NCBI GenBank assembly: GCA_015680685.1
Contig: MNCI01001382.1
Span: 1 to 64,000, forward strand
DNA length: 64,000 bases
Source of the DNA: Gnetum montanum
Lineage: Eukaryota; Plantae; Gnetophyta
Direction: 5' to 3'
In this document: positions 13,121 through 26,850 of the stretch, piece by piece
How the letters are laid out: each line of letters opens with the position of its first letter
Position numbering within the stretch: the first letter of the stretch is position 1
The notes under the pieces: model-generated
What the model was told of the DNA's origin: nothing
Database searches by the model: none
What the model saw: only the letters and a program-made list of their open reading frames with translations
Translations under genes and position numbers: made by a program

Positions 13121-16100
13121 AGTACCTGGGAGCACATTAGTCTACCTTTGATGCTAAGTGCACCTCACGATGATGTAGAACAGTATATCAACCCTAATTA
13201 CCTAGTTCTTAAGCTTGAAGTTCTTATAGACTATGTAGGCTTGATAGAGAAATGTCTAGAATGGCCTAAAGACCTGGTTAAAATCCTTTACTTAGAGATG
13301 GACAACATAATTGAAGACTCTTTGGTTGAGGTTTCTATCACAACACATATTGGTAGAGAGAAAACCTTTAGACATGCCTTGTTGTCCTTTAAGGATGGAT
13401 CCTCAAGATATTACCAAATTAGGATCAACCTAGATCACCAACTTAGCATGACCTTCATGATCCCTTGGGGTACCTTTTGCAATACCATGATGCCATTTGA
13501 TCTTAAGAATGTAGGAGCAATCTATCAATGTGTCATGACCTACATGTTTAGCAATTACATGTTAGGTTTTCTCAATTATTACATGGAGAATATAGCCATT
13601 AAGTTCAAAGTGGCTGACAACCTTGCTAATAACCTAGATCTTGTGCTAAAATGATTCCTCAAGTATGAGCTTAGGCTCAATCCCAAGAAATGTATCTTTA
13701 GTGTCAAGACTAGTAAGATACTTGGATTTGTATTTTTTGAAGTAGGGATTTGTGTCAATCTTGATAAGGTTAACACCATATCAAAGTTAGCAATGCCTAC
13801 CAATCTCAAGGAACTTTGGGAACTACAAGGAAAATTGCAATTTATTCATAGGTTTATCACTAGGTTCACATAAAAGTTATAGCCCATGCAACACTTGGTT
13901 AAGAAAGGGGTTCACTATGAGTGGACAACTGAATGCTAAGAGGCCTTTGAAAACCTTAAGCAATAGTTAACACAACTACCAATGGTCTATTATACACAAG
14001 AGGGTAAACCATTTTACATCTACCTTGCCTTCTCCAATACATTCATTACCTCTCTAGTCTATCAAAGATGTAATGATGGAGCAAAGATGCCAGTATACTA
14101 CCTTAGTCATGCATTAGTAGCCCACAAGACCCAATACACTAAAGTGGAGAAGTGCTATCTAGCACTAATCGTCTCATTGAAAGAGTGGAGATACTAGCTC
14201 TCCAAAAGCCAAGTCAATTTCATTTGCAAAAATAATGTTCTTAAAGCCATAATGACCAACATCTACGAAAGCAGTCGTATAGCTTGATGGAAATTCATAA
14301 CTACTAGATTTGACCTTCATTACATCTCTCAATACTCAATAAAAGGTTAAGCTATAGCTGTAAAACTCATGGTATTACCTATGGATGAGTAAGCAACCAT
14401 AGATCTTAAGTTCCTTCATGAGTACATTAACACCATTAGCTAAGTTCTCAAGGGTTATGAGGTAGTCATGCACTTTGATGGAGCTTTAATTACCCATAGG
14501 GAAGTGCCACTTCCACCATAGCATTCCCATCTAGTGAAATCTAATCCTTCACCTATCATTTTGAGTTTTCATGTACCAACAACATAGTGGAGTATGAAGA
14601 TTTGATCAAAGGGGTGACAGTAACTCATGACCTAGGAATTAGATGCTTAATGATCAAAGGAGATTCACAACTTATGGTTAACCAAGTAATCAAAGTTGAT
14701 GCATGTAAAGCCAAACACTTACAATGTTATTGTGACTTAGGGAAACAACTGTTACAATAATTTATAGATGTTAATATCCAACACATACCGCAAAATGAAT
14801 ATGCCATAGCTGATACAATTGTAACATTAGCCCTTAGTGTGAGGCTAGATGTGTTTTGTAAGTTTCCCATAGTAATCATGTGTTATGCTATTCCCATCAT
14901 GTAGTAGAACTCTGAGGATACCTTTGTGGTCATTGTTCATACTGCTCCTACTAGGGATTGGTATGATGATATCAAGTTTTACCTTATGCATGGTGAATCC
15001 TCACAAGGCTTTACTACTACTCAAAAGAAAACTATATGTAAATGATCAAAGCAATATGTCATCATAGGTGATAATAGATTATTTCATCATTTCTATGATG
15101 ACATATTACTAAAGTTCTTGGGTAAAATTAAAGCTAGAATAGTCCTATAGAAGGTTCATGAGGGTGTTTATGGGGGACATATAGGACCTAGAGCTATGGT
15201 CACTAAGATCAAATGGTTAGGGTACTACTAGCCTTATATGGAGAGTGACTACCTAGAGAAGGTTAAGTGATGTGACATGTGCTAACATAGTAATCTAATA
15301 CATGTACCACTAACTAAGTTACACATTATTCAGAGAACTTGTCCATTTCAATTATGGGGTTGGATATCATTGGACCTATAATGCCTAAGTCTTTTGCAAA
15401 GCATATCTTCATCATCACTACAACCAAATACTTTACTAAGTAGGTTGAAGCTATTTCTATGAGGACTGTGCCTAAGAAAGTCTATATATTCATCCTGGAT
15501 AACATTATAGCCTATTTTGGCATACCCATGATCATAGTTATAGATAATGGACCAAAATTTAGTAGCCAAGAAATGAAATATTTCTATCATGACCTAGGCA
15601 TTAAACATTCTTTCTCATTGCATTATTACCCTCAAGCCAATGGACAAGAATAAGAAAACAATAAGGCCATCATAAACTTGCTCAAGAAGATGCTCTATAA
15701 TAGCAAGCGTAAATGGTGTGAGCATCTTGTCCATGCACTTTTGGCATATCATACAACTTACTACATAGCCACTGATGTAACATCTTATATCTTGGTTTAT
15801 GATTCTAATGCAATTTTACCTTTTGAATTACATGTACCATAGCTTCAAGTGGGCTTAACTAACTTCATCAAAAATAATCAAAGTAAGGAGTTATGGATAA
15901 TAGACCTAGACTAAGTGGAGGAGCAATGTATGTAAGTGCTTACTCACATTGATCACTATCAAGAGAGTTAGAAATGGTAGCACCATCATAACTTTACCAA
16001 TCATAAGATCAAGTAAGAAGACTTGGTCCTCAAAGCTATTCATGAGCATGTATATAAATTCTTAACCAACTAGGAAGGGTCTTTCCTTGTTACTAGAGCT

Positions 16101-16190
16101 GATGAGAATGGAGCATTTAGGATTGTCAACATGGATGAGAATGAGTTGGCCAATCTAGTTAATCATTTATATCTAAAGCCATATTACATG
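13118..16190 (+). pseudogene. pol: pol (RT-RH-aRH-INT) of element A, degenerate, with an internal deletion near 13370
   Basis: RT: LSFKDGSSRYYQI, PWGTFCNTMMPFDLKNVGAIYQ, YMENI. aRH: MHFDG, TNNIVEYE, GDSQLMVNQV. INT: HEGVYGGH, WGLDIIGP, FGIPMIIVIDNG, YYPQANGQ. Confidence 0.93.
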
Positions 16191-16224
16191 TATTCAACAA
16201 CCACTAACAAGTAAGGCTACTTTA

Positions 16225-16435
16225 CTATGGCTTGTCGAGGCTTTAAACTAGTAACATGGTTTGCTAGGGCCTAAACTTGATGATGCCATGACCTATTGAG
16301 TTCTTAAATTGGCAATACAGCTTGCGAAGGTCCTAAACTAATACCATGGACTGCTACAACCTTAAATTGACATAACAGCCTACTAGGATATTAAACTAGT
16401 ATTATGGCCCACCATATCCTTAAACTCGCAACATT
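16225..16435 (+). repeat. About 7 tandem copies of a ~29-bp unit (CATGGCYTGYYRAGGYCTTAAACTRGYAA-like) just 3' of integrase
   Basis: tatggcttgtcgaggctttaaactagtaa, catggtttgctagggcctaaacttg, tacagcttgcgaaggtcctaaactaa and further copies. Confidence 0.75.
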
Positions 16436-17290
16436 GGTAACCTGGGTAGCTTGGTTTTATCATTCTCTGTGGCTTGTATACATTGTAATATTATAACATG
16501 CTTTGTTTACTTGGTTTTCTTGTCCTATTAAAGTTTTGTTTACAATATAAAGGTTGAAGATATTCTAAATATGCAACTCATTATAGCAACAAGTTATCAT
16601 GTGATCTCAATGTGCAAGATTTGGTGAGATTGTCATGTTGTGTCAAAAGTTCTTGTACGATTGCCCTGCATCCAACATCACTCCTTGAACCTAGTCCCAT
16701 AGCCAAATTATAACCTTCCATACCTTGGAAAATAATGTTGACCTATGTTTTCCACTCATGCACTATAGCCATGTGATATCTCCTTATCATGCTCCATCCT
16801 CAAAGCCCACTTAAAAGTAACATAGCTCATTTAGTTTAAGTCCATTGAACACAACTATTTTGATGGGAAAACCAAGTCCATTGAGTGTAATGCAACTCAT
16901 TAAATGGGAAAAGTATATCAAAATAGCCCTAGTAATGAGTCCCAATGAAGGTCTCACCCCACAAAACAAATTGGGGGAAGCAAATTACCAAGAGGCTGAA
17001 TGATAAATTAAGACTCAAAGCCTAATGGTTAAAGAAATGGTGTAGTGAACTGATTGGATCATCAAACACATTTGCCAAGTAACCAACACTTCAAGACAAT
17101 CATGTGTTAGACTATAGCTAGGGTGACAATACTTGGAATGCATTATTAGTCTCCATAACCATCTTTCTAATTACTATCTCCTCATGATAGCCTTATTGCA
17201 TCATCACAAGAACTCTTCAAATGGTTTGAAATAACTATATCAAGTGTGGAGAGGGAATATCAGTGGTGGACCTATAGTGGTATTTTGTAT

Positions 17291-17344
17291 TCTTTGTCAG
17301 TACCTCTTAGATCAATCCTCTAGACACCAACAAAGAGGGATCAA
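17291..17344 (+). promoter_or_regulatory. Polypurine tract (AAAGAGGGA) with an upstream stem-loop, element A
   Basis: Lies directly before the LTR start TGAAACACC and is homologous to 57788-57841. Confidence 0.8.
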
Positions 17345-18789
17345 TGAAACACCACCAAATTTGCATATTGTAACCTTTGTAACTCCATCTCATGACATCC
17401 AAGGTAAAAATTCATTGTAAATGTGAAAATTGTAACTCATAAAAGGAAATCTCACATATTTCATACTTTTGGAGGTGAAAAATGCCTCACAAGTACCAAA
17501 AGCCTTACTTCCCAAGTGAAAAGGTTCACCTAGTATCTATATTTGGGCTTGTGGAGGTTAAAAATGCCTTTTGGAATGCCAAAAATGATATTTTGATATT
17601 TATGGGGGGTTTACACCTTTCTAAACTAACAAACCTATGTAAGATGCTAAGCCAGCTAGAAAACATCAAAGCTAGTATGGAAGAGTGCAAGAGGTGGATC
17701 TCACCTACTCCTAGCATGGAGAAAGGGATAAGTCAGTTTGGAGGGGTTTGACCTTCACCCCAAGCATTAGTCTCTCATCCCCCTTTGACTTTGACACCTC
17801 CTCCACATCATGGGAGCTACATGACCAAGATTTTGACATCAACTCTAGCTAGGATCTTGCATGCCAGTGTGGAAGGTCTAACCCTAGCATTTATCTCTCA
17901 TCTTCCTTATCATTGATACACTTTCCCTAATGTGGAGGATTTAGCTAGCATGGAGGGATCAACCACTATGGATGCATGGGGGTGGATCTCACCTATTCTT
18001 TCTAAATATGGTAATAATTTTTAGCAATTTGGCAACCAACTTTCAGCCAATCTATCAACCATTTGTAGCCAATTTCTAGCCCAAATCATGGCCAAAATCC
18101 TATAAAATTCAAACCTTGGTATCATTTCAATGTTCCACACCTTGGGAATTTGCATACATTGAGCATTTGACATCCAAGGACTCTTGCTTCTTAGTAGAAA
18201 CATAGCTTTTTTGGGCCTGATAGCATGGAACCATTATAACCCTATTACCCCTTTTGGGATCTATGAGAATAGAATATCAACATTACCTCCATATGATCTT
18301 CAAATCATAGTGTGGAGCATCTTGATAGCCTCTATCCTTCATGTCTCCCAAACCCAATAGTGATCCAAGAGGTCAATTTGGAGTAGTAGTAGAGAAGGTT
18401 TGAAAATATCAAGAGTTGTTAAGCATTTGGGTCATGGAGTAGATTCTATCTTCTTCAACAAAATTGGAACCCCTACCCAAGTGAACCCCCCTTTGCTCTT
18501 CTACAAGTACTTTTATACATATTTCTAAACTCATTCTTTGTTTAATTGATAAATTTTATAGTTTCAGTTTGTGTGAAATTTGCATTCATTTTGGGTTTTA
18601 GATCAGCAAACTTTTTACATTTGTTTACACCCCCATTTTGCACCTTCCTAAGTTCTTAAGTGATCTATTAGACTACCTAGGGTATCTTGAATCCCATTTT
18701 TTATTAGAGGCCCTAGGGATTCTAGGTTGAGGGTTCTTATGGCTGAGAATCCTTGGTTTCTCTAGTGGTCAAGAGTTTTTGTAGTAATA
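17345..18789 (+). repeat. 3' LTR of element A (~1.45 kb)
   Basis: Starts TGAAACACC after the PPT. The 3' ~150 bp aligns by eye to the LTR ends of F and Y. The terminal CA appears decayed to TA. Confidence 0.75.
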
Positions 18790-20870
18790 GGAGTAGTAAA
18801 TGACTTCTCCAACTACAATCTTTATTACTTAGAGCCCTGGTCATTAAGCCAAGCCTTCTTGCAAACTAAGAATGTTGAGGAGGTAGCTAAGGCTAGCAAT
18901 GACCTAGCCTTTGTGGCCTATAAAAATAAACATGCAAAGAGGAATAATAATAAAACTAGGCAAGAACATATGATCATGGATACAGTGACAAAAGAGTCAA
19001 AATAAGTAGGAAGACAAGGATCACCATCAATAAACACATCATCTAACTCATCACAACCATCCACTTCCTATGCCCAAAATAAACTAGGATCAAACTTTGG
19101 ATGGAAGAATAGATTGAAGTATACTAGGTTATTGATGAAGCCCTTTGAGCTATTAGAACAATTGCTTAAAGACAAGCATACACAACATAAGTAGATTCTT
19201 GAGGAGGCACATAAGAGGCATGATCTCCTTTGTGACATAGCTAGACCCAATGATAGTAACTAAGGATGATCCAAAGCTACCAAAGTACTTTAATCTAGAT
19301 AGGTTTTGCCATTATAATGAAATGGTTGGTCATGACACCAATTTTTGCCTAGAATTAAAGGATGACCTCTAGAAGATGATAGATCATGGAAAGTTAGCAT
19401 TGAATAAGCCCAACTCTCACAACACCAACAAGAACTTCTATACTATAGCCTCATTCACAAATCCAAATGGTCTAATCCTCCTAGGAAACCATTTGCTATT
19501 AGAGTACCACTATATCCTTAAAACATAAATCCTAGAGAGACTTTCATCATATGGGTATCACCTTTTCTAGCCCTTAAGAATCTTTTCATCATATGTGTTA
19601 CACCTTTAGTGGAATCAACATCACAACCAAGACCATGAGTTGCTAATCCTCCAAAGCCTAACGAACCACTTGTTATCTAGGTCCCTCCACCTTTGACAAG
19701 TGAAACCATGATAAACCATGATTAAAGCTCACCTATAATGTCCAACAAGTTAACAGTAAACAAGGAATCATTATCAAAATGATGACGGAAAAAACTTGTC
19801 ACCAAACTAACAACTAAGCCCACTAAAGGTGGCCAATAGCAAAAGGCTTTAAAATTAACTAACTTACTGAGGTTTACACCAAGACCAACTACATCCATGA
19901 ATAAGGGGCCCAAGGCACATACATCAAAACCTAAGCCACAAACTCTAAGAAGGATAGAGGAAGTTAAGAACACTAAGGCTAAAACATAATATGCCATGGG
20001 AAAGAGTTTTCTTATAACAATGCAGTAAGCCAAAAGATCATTAAAATAAAATAACACATCAACAATCTTGTATGACTTGGTCATGACCTCTCCTACTCAT
20101 AGGGATGCACTAGCCCAAGTGTTGACTTTTATTCCTGTGAAAAGAACCATGCATACTAATAGAGAGTCCATCCACTTTATCATTAAGCAAGCTTCACTTG
20201 GGAAAAATGAGCATGAATATTGACTCTTGAAATGGAGAAGTGCTATCTTCTCCTCTTCTCATTACTATAGGTATTGGCAGGTACAAGGTTCTTTGTGTTC
20301 ATGTGGATGATGAGGTGACAACTAATGTGATACCATTTTCCATTGTTGACAAACTAGTCTTAACCAGGAATAACCAAGAAACCACTACCTTAGCACCTAA
20401 ATCATTCAATAGGTCATGGGTAGTGGTGTGAGGTTCTATCTCTTTGGATTTTGTAGTTGGTGAGAAATTCCCTACATTCACCAACTTCTTAGTGGTTGAA
20501 GAAACACCTAACTTTAACTTTATCCTAGGAATGCCACGGTTACCAAAGTTTCATGAAATCTCATGTCCTATGCATAAGGAGATTCACTTGCCCTAAGAGG
20601 ATGGTAAAATTGTCATTCATGGGGATAATATGTTACTATCTTTGGTTAACTATGTCAACATTGATTGAGGTTTAGAGGTGAATTTTCAAGAGATAACTGT
20701 TAATACTTAGACTAGGAACACTGAAAACAAGGATAATAATAATGTTAGCAATATAAACTTTGTAACATGGGATGGTCAATGAAAATCCATGCATCTTACC
20801 ATGTTGAACAAGAGAGATGGTGATCATAAGATCATGATAAAGGTACTCATTGATCTATTGAAGATCAACC
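18790..20870 (+). pseudogene. gag: gag 3' half and aspartic protease of element B
   Basis: FCHYNEMVGHDTNFCLELKDDL*KMIDHGKL (~19300-19400; Tat/Ogre-type knuckle). Protease SPLLITIGIGRYKVLCVHVDDEVTTNVIP...FNFILGMP (20240-20540). Confidence 0.85.
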
Positions 20871-21388
20871 AACAAGTTCATAGTAAATGTCTTATCACTT
20901 CTTTGGTTAATGGTTGATTATTTACCTTTATGATGTTATATCATGTTTCAATATTGGCTCTAGTCTTATATTCTATTTTGAGAGCATCCCATACTTGCTA
21001 GTCAAGTATGGACCTTGACTGACTAAGGCCTAAAACTAGCAACATTATGATCTACCAAGGTCTAAAATTGGTAAATTAGTGGCCTCTATTCCTTGTATTA
21101 TTTTATATTTATAATGTGACATAATAAACCTTGTCTTACCTCTTTTCATTTCATGGTCAAATTTTTCTTAGTAACTTTGCATTTTATAGTCATTTTAACT
21201 AGTAGTCTTTTACACTAAAAATTAAAAAAAAAATAGAAAAATGTAAAACATGAAAATTGATCAAAAATTATCATCTTTCACAAAAAAAACTAGTGTACAA
21301 ATTTTCACCACAATTTAGATTGACTCACACTTTAAACATAGTTTAGGATGATTAGCAAAGCTTATATATTTCCCAACATATTTATATC

Positions 21389-24300
21389 ATACAGGTGGCT
21401 TCTCACCAGCTTCCTTGTGTCCAAATAATTCAAACATTGATTAGTGAAAGCCCAAAGGGCTAGTTCATAACATATGCCCAATATTTGGCCATTTTTTAGC
21501 CTCTAAAAGCTAAATTTAGGCCTTAAAAGCTAGGTAGACTTAGGAACTACATTGGCCAATGTAGTGTCATCATAGTTGCTCATACAAGTGGCTTTCACTA
21601 GCTTCCTTGAGTCTAAATGAATTAAAAATTAAATAGTGGAAGTCTAGAGGCCTAGGACATAAAATAAGCTTAGGATCTGGTCACTGTTTAGTGACTAAAA
21701 GCGGAATTCAGGCCTTGATAGTTGGGAAAACTAATGACTACATTGGCTAGTGTAGTTGCTTATACAGGTGGCTTTTCACTAGCTTCCTTGAGTCCAAATG
21801 ACTTAAACATTAATTAGTGGAAGCCTAAAGACCTAGGACATGACACAAGCCTAATATGTATCCATTTTTCAACCTCTAAAAATTAAATTTAGTGCTTAAA
21901 CGCTATGTATACTAAGGAAGTATGTTGGCTAGCATAGTTCCAATTTAGTTACCTCATAAAAACATAATAACAACTCAAAGATATCAACTTCACCTTCAAA
22001 CTCATCATCCAAGTTCCAAACCCTAGAAAGAATCTCTAGCAACTCTGTAACTTCATAAAATCAATACAAGATGCCAAAAATCATTTATCATGGATGAACT
22101 ATGCTGGTAGGCATCCTAACTACATTAGCCAACATAGTCCCAATGTAGTTAACATGCATTTAGTCATCAAATACCTCAAATGATCTTAAAACTAACATTT
22201 CCTAATATTTACACTTGCTCAGAGCCTTTGGTGATCCTACAATGTCAAATTGTAGAGCAAAAACAAGTTAATCCCACTCCCATCTTGGAACTATGTTGGG
22301 GATAATCCCAACTACACCAGCTAGTGTACCCTAGTGTAGCTGGTTGGAGTTTGAACATCAAATGCCAAAAATATCCTTCAAAGTAACATATTGTAGCATT
22401 TACAACTTTCTAGAGTCTTTGAAACTCTAAATTTCCAAATAATGAAACAAAAATAAGTAAAAAATCACCTTAACCTTAGAGCTACACTAGGCATGATCTC
22501 AACTACATTGGCCAGCTTAGTTTTAGAGTAGTTAATTGAAAAAACTTTGAAATTAGACCACTAACATGTTGAATTGACTTCCCAATGCATCATCCTAATC
22601 CTAGAACCTTTATGGAGCCTCTAGAGTTCACTAAACCCTATACATTAAGTTGAAAATGGCTAAAACTTATCATACACCCCACACCTAGGTTGGGACTACA
22701 TTGGGACAATCCTTAGGCAACCATCAAAATTAATCATTTTGAGTCTAAAACCTAACTATAAACATTAGAAATTGAAAAAACCCAAGAATCTATTTAATCA
22801 ATCATAACATTTCACTAAAAATGAAGATTTATTACATGACTACACTATAGTAGGCTTGGACTACATTGACTAGCGTAGTCCCAACATAGTCATGATTTTA
22901 GAATGATTTGACTAGTGAGGTAACACTTCAAATAGCCCAAAACCTGACTTGGAAACCCAAAACCCTATTTAATCTTACCTAGTTGTAATTTGACCTTATT
23001 TTAACCTTGGAAATGCTAGGTTTCCTTCATCTATGCTAAGGCTAGGTTCAACTATGTTGGCCAACATAGTCCAAGTAGGGAATGGTGATTTCAACATCCA
23101 AACAACCTCCAAAATCAACCATCCTAAGCCAAAATCCTAGCTAGGAACACTAGTAACTCCAAGAACCCAAGGACCTAGTCAATTAACCATAGAAACACAT
23201 AAAAAGCCAAGATTCACATCATACTATGCTGAGGCAGGCCATGCCTACCCTAGTTAGCATACTCCTAACATAGTCATGATTTTGGATCGGTTTGGCTAGT
23301 ACCATGACATCCAAAATGACCTGATATTTGACTTGAGAAATCCAGAGCATTGTTTAACATTTCCTAGTCACAAATTCACCTTGTTTTAACCATAGGAAAA
23401 TAAAATGCTATTAATCTATGCCAGGATAGACTTCAAAAGCAACTATGTTGGCCTTTTGGTGTAGAAAAGTTGATCTACACTAGGGATGGAAGTGGTAGAA
23501 GCTAGGATGGATGTAAATATCTAATCCAATGTGTTGAAGCTTGAGAGTGATGGAGAGAGAATGATTTGTGCAAAATTGTTTCTTAAAAATCACTCCTAAC
23601 CTTATGCACCCCCTTGGAAATCCTTGGTTTTCCAAAACACTCATCCAAGTCCCATTAAACTCAATGATCATAATTGGTAAGTAGAACTATGCTAGGTGAG
23701 TGAGAAACTGATGCATAAAAAAAATTCAAATTCAAGGTGGATCCCACAAAATGCCTAGAAATAAAGCCAATGGAAATCCTAGCACACTTGGATTTTTAGT
23801 TTCCTAGGATGGTCACGCTAGGTTTCAAGCATCTAGAAGCCTTGAAATAAATTGTAAAATCCAGTTACTACAAAAAATAACCTTCCAACCATCCGTCAAT
23901 TCCATGAAACCTTATTCCAAAAATGGAAAACTAGGTGTTGACATTGATGGAAACCAGACAACAAGGTAGCTAGAAACTCATATCAAAGCTTCCCATTTGT
24001 GGCAACTACACTAACTAATGGCATACACTCTCTAGAATAATCATGAGTAGGAAGATGCTTCTTACCATCAAAAAACTTCTATTTAACTCTAAAACTATCA
24101 TACCATATACTAAACCATAACCAAAATCTCCAATAGCTCTAAAATTGCGTGAAACCTTTTAAAACCCATCAAAACCTAATTTTCTTGAATGGACTATGTT
24201 GGAGAAGGCCTTAACTATGCTAGCTAGTGTAGTCACTAGTAGTTGAGAAAGAAATGACCATTAAATACTTAAAATAACTTTCAAACTAACATATTTTGTC

Positions 24301-25480
24301 ATCAAATTCACCTTAGAACCTTTGGTAGCCTTGAAATAGCATACAACTAACCTAGAACATGAAAAATTTCATTCCACATTGTAGACTATGCTAAAGGTAA
24401 TCCTAACTATGCTAGTTGTTATAGTCCCATCATAGTTGGACCATGGTGGATTTCTAAAACAAAGAAATAACCTCTAGACTATCATATTTTAACCTTAGAA
24501 TTCCTTCAGCACCTCCAATGACCTTGTATTGATGAATTGTGCAATAGAACAAGACCAAAATCCATTTTCACATTAGGACTATGCTAGGGAGGCTTTGGAC
24601 TATGATAGCTAGTGTAGTCCAAGTGTAGTACACCTAGAAAAACAACACAAAAAGCCAAATATATGTTAAATTGACCTCTCAGTACATCCTATCAATTCCA
24701 AAGCCCTATCGGAGACCCTAGAAACCTATAAACCCTATAACCTCTAATAAAAGTGGTCAAAACTCATCTTACACACCACATCCACACTATGACTATGTTG
24801 GTTAGTGTAGTCTAATGGTGTTTGGCTAGTGTGACATCAAATTGACCATCAAAACAAATAATTTCAAGCTTGAAACCGTAGTTTTTGATAATAGTGATCT
24901 TAGAACTTGAAAACCTTGTTAATCAACCATAGAATTACATCAAAATTCAAATTCCATGTTCTGACTATGGTAGAGCAAGCCTGGACTATGTTGGATAGTT
25001 TATTCCTAGTATGGTCATGGTTTGAGATTTAATTAATTGGTGAATTGACATTCAAAAAAATCCAAAACCTACCTTGAAAAGCTAGAACCTTGTTTAGCCT
25101 TAAAAATTTTGAAATTCACCTTCTTTTAATGCTAAAAATACTAAATTAATCCCATCTACATTAAGGCCAAGTTCAACTATGTTGGCTAGTTTATTCATAA
25201 TGGGAAATTGTTATTTCAATGCCTAAATAACTTCTTTTATCAACCATCTTGTGTCAAAACCTTGGGCAAGAACACTGGTAACCCTGGGAATCCATGAGAT
25301 TGTTCAATTGACTACATAAACCCACCAAAACCTATATTTTGGACATGACTATGCTAGAATAGTAATGACTACATTGGCTAGTGTAGTGACAACTGAGTCA
25401 TCATTAGGAATTGACAAAACTAGTATTTTGACATTTCGAATGATAAAAAATTTGACTTAAAACATCTAGAACCTTGATCT
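21389..25480 (+). repeat. Tandem array, ~180-193 bp period, motif GACTATGCTAG/CTAGTGTAGTC, with a ~2.1-kb-offset higher-order duplication
   Basis: Clear units start at 21389, 21582 and 21762 (atacaggtggct...). 22500-23200 aligns with 24600-25330. Confidence 0.85.
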
Positions 25481-25489
25481 GAGGTGTGG

Positions 25490-26255
25490 AGGTTCTAGCT
25501 ATAATAGTTCAATCCATGCTATCGACATCTACCCACCAACTATGCATCATACCATCATCCTTGTACTTTTTGTATACAAGGTTAAACCTACTGGCATATT
25601 CATTAAAGTCCCCTCTTAATTGTTGATACATAGTAGCTCTAATTTGGGGACTCTTAGTGAGTTTATCCAAAGCAGTTTGAGCTAATGCCAGGATTTGATC
25701 ATTGATGATTAGGCATTGATCATTGACCTTGTACCTGTAAGAAGTCAATTAATGAAGTTAGGTAAGGTAATCAAGCCAAAAGCATAAAAGCATTACAATA
25801 ATCATGTTTACCCCTATAGATGGTGCACAATGCTAGGTGGGTTTTGGAATAATGTGTGGGCTTTATGTGCCACCATCAAAGTATTTTCAGTATTATACTG
25901 ACTTTACTCTAGCATCGTCCAAATTTCTAAAAGGTAACATGAACTTATGGCATCTACTAGTCCCCATATAGTCTTAGGAAGTGGCATGTTAGTAATATAC
26001 CTAGTAATTAGGCTAGATGCCCAAGGTAATAAGGTCTCCAAAATGGCCTTGTCAACATCTGCGAACAAGTGTGACCACAACATCACATTGAAGTTTCTAA
26101 GGAGATAGGTAATGAAGTCTCTTACCCTAGGCTAGAACCACAACAAGAGCTTACCAAAAGGCATGTCATGTGGTGGAGTATTGATCTTGGGATGACCAAT
26201 GTAGCACAAAATAGCAACCAACTCCACTATGATGAGGATAGGCCTTAAGAAGACT
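25490..26255 (-). pseudogene. Remnant (two exons) of the antisense cargo gene in B
   Basis: ORFs 25904-26086 (WSHLFADVDKAILETL) and 25509-25748 (YKVNDQCLIINDQ..QLRG) are homologous to A. Intron 25811-25735 has the same position and phase as in A. Confidence 0.75.
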
Positions 26256-26292
26256 ATGCATGAAACCGAATAAAAACATTATGACCAATTAC

Positions 26293-26850
26293 AATTTCTT
26301 AACAAGTTTTGAAAACATTCTAGTTAGAGGTGAAATTAGCCTCTATAAAAAGCTCTAAGGTGTTTATCTAAATTAGTCTAAGTAATTTCACAAGAAAACA
26401 TTATTACAACCTTGCGTAACCTTACATCATGAACAATTGAAATTTCTCAACAAATTTGGAAAAAACTTCCTAAGTCAAAGGTGAAATTAGCCTCTATAAA
26501 AAGCTATTGTATGTTTATCTAAATTAGCTTAATAAATTCCATAACAGCATTGTTACCATATTTTATAGCCTTTATAGCCAAAAAATTATAGCTAAAACTA
26601 AGTCTTAGCCTAAATTATGCATAAATCTAGAAAAAACATCTAAGTTATGCATGAAGGTGGAAGAAAACATACAAGTTGTGCATAACTTTAGAAAATAGCA
26701 TCTATAGTATGCATAATTTTTTTTTTTAAAAAAAAGCAACCATAAGTTTAGGAAAAAAACAATCTAAATTATTCAAACCATGTATAAACTTGGAAAAAAC
26801 ATCTAAACTATGCATAAATTTAGAAATCATGATAAACTTAGAAAAAGCCA
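26293..26850 (+). repeat. Local duplications in the B spacer: two ~150-bp units, then about 7 copies of a ~30-bp unit (ctaaattatgcataaatctagaaaaaacat)
   Basis: aggtgaaattagcctctataaaaagct occurs at ~26328 and ~26480; the equivalent region of A (7640-7860) has single copies. Confidence 0.75.

Larger units (their letters stand above)
3537..18789 (+). mobile_element. Element A: degenerate Tat-clade retrotransposon (PR-RT spacer, pol, 3'UTR, PPT, 3'LTR); its 5' part is displaced by insertion of Y
   Basis: pol remnants at 13118-16190, PPT at 17332-17340, LTR from TGAAACACC at 17345. The region 3537-13108 is collinear with the spacer of D. Confidence 0.88.

Noticed and set aside
17345-20870. Tandem elements sharing one LTR
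   Set aside because: No PBS or leader follows the LTR and the sequence enters mid-gag, so nested insertion of A into B fits better.
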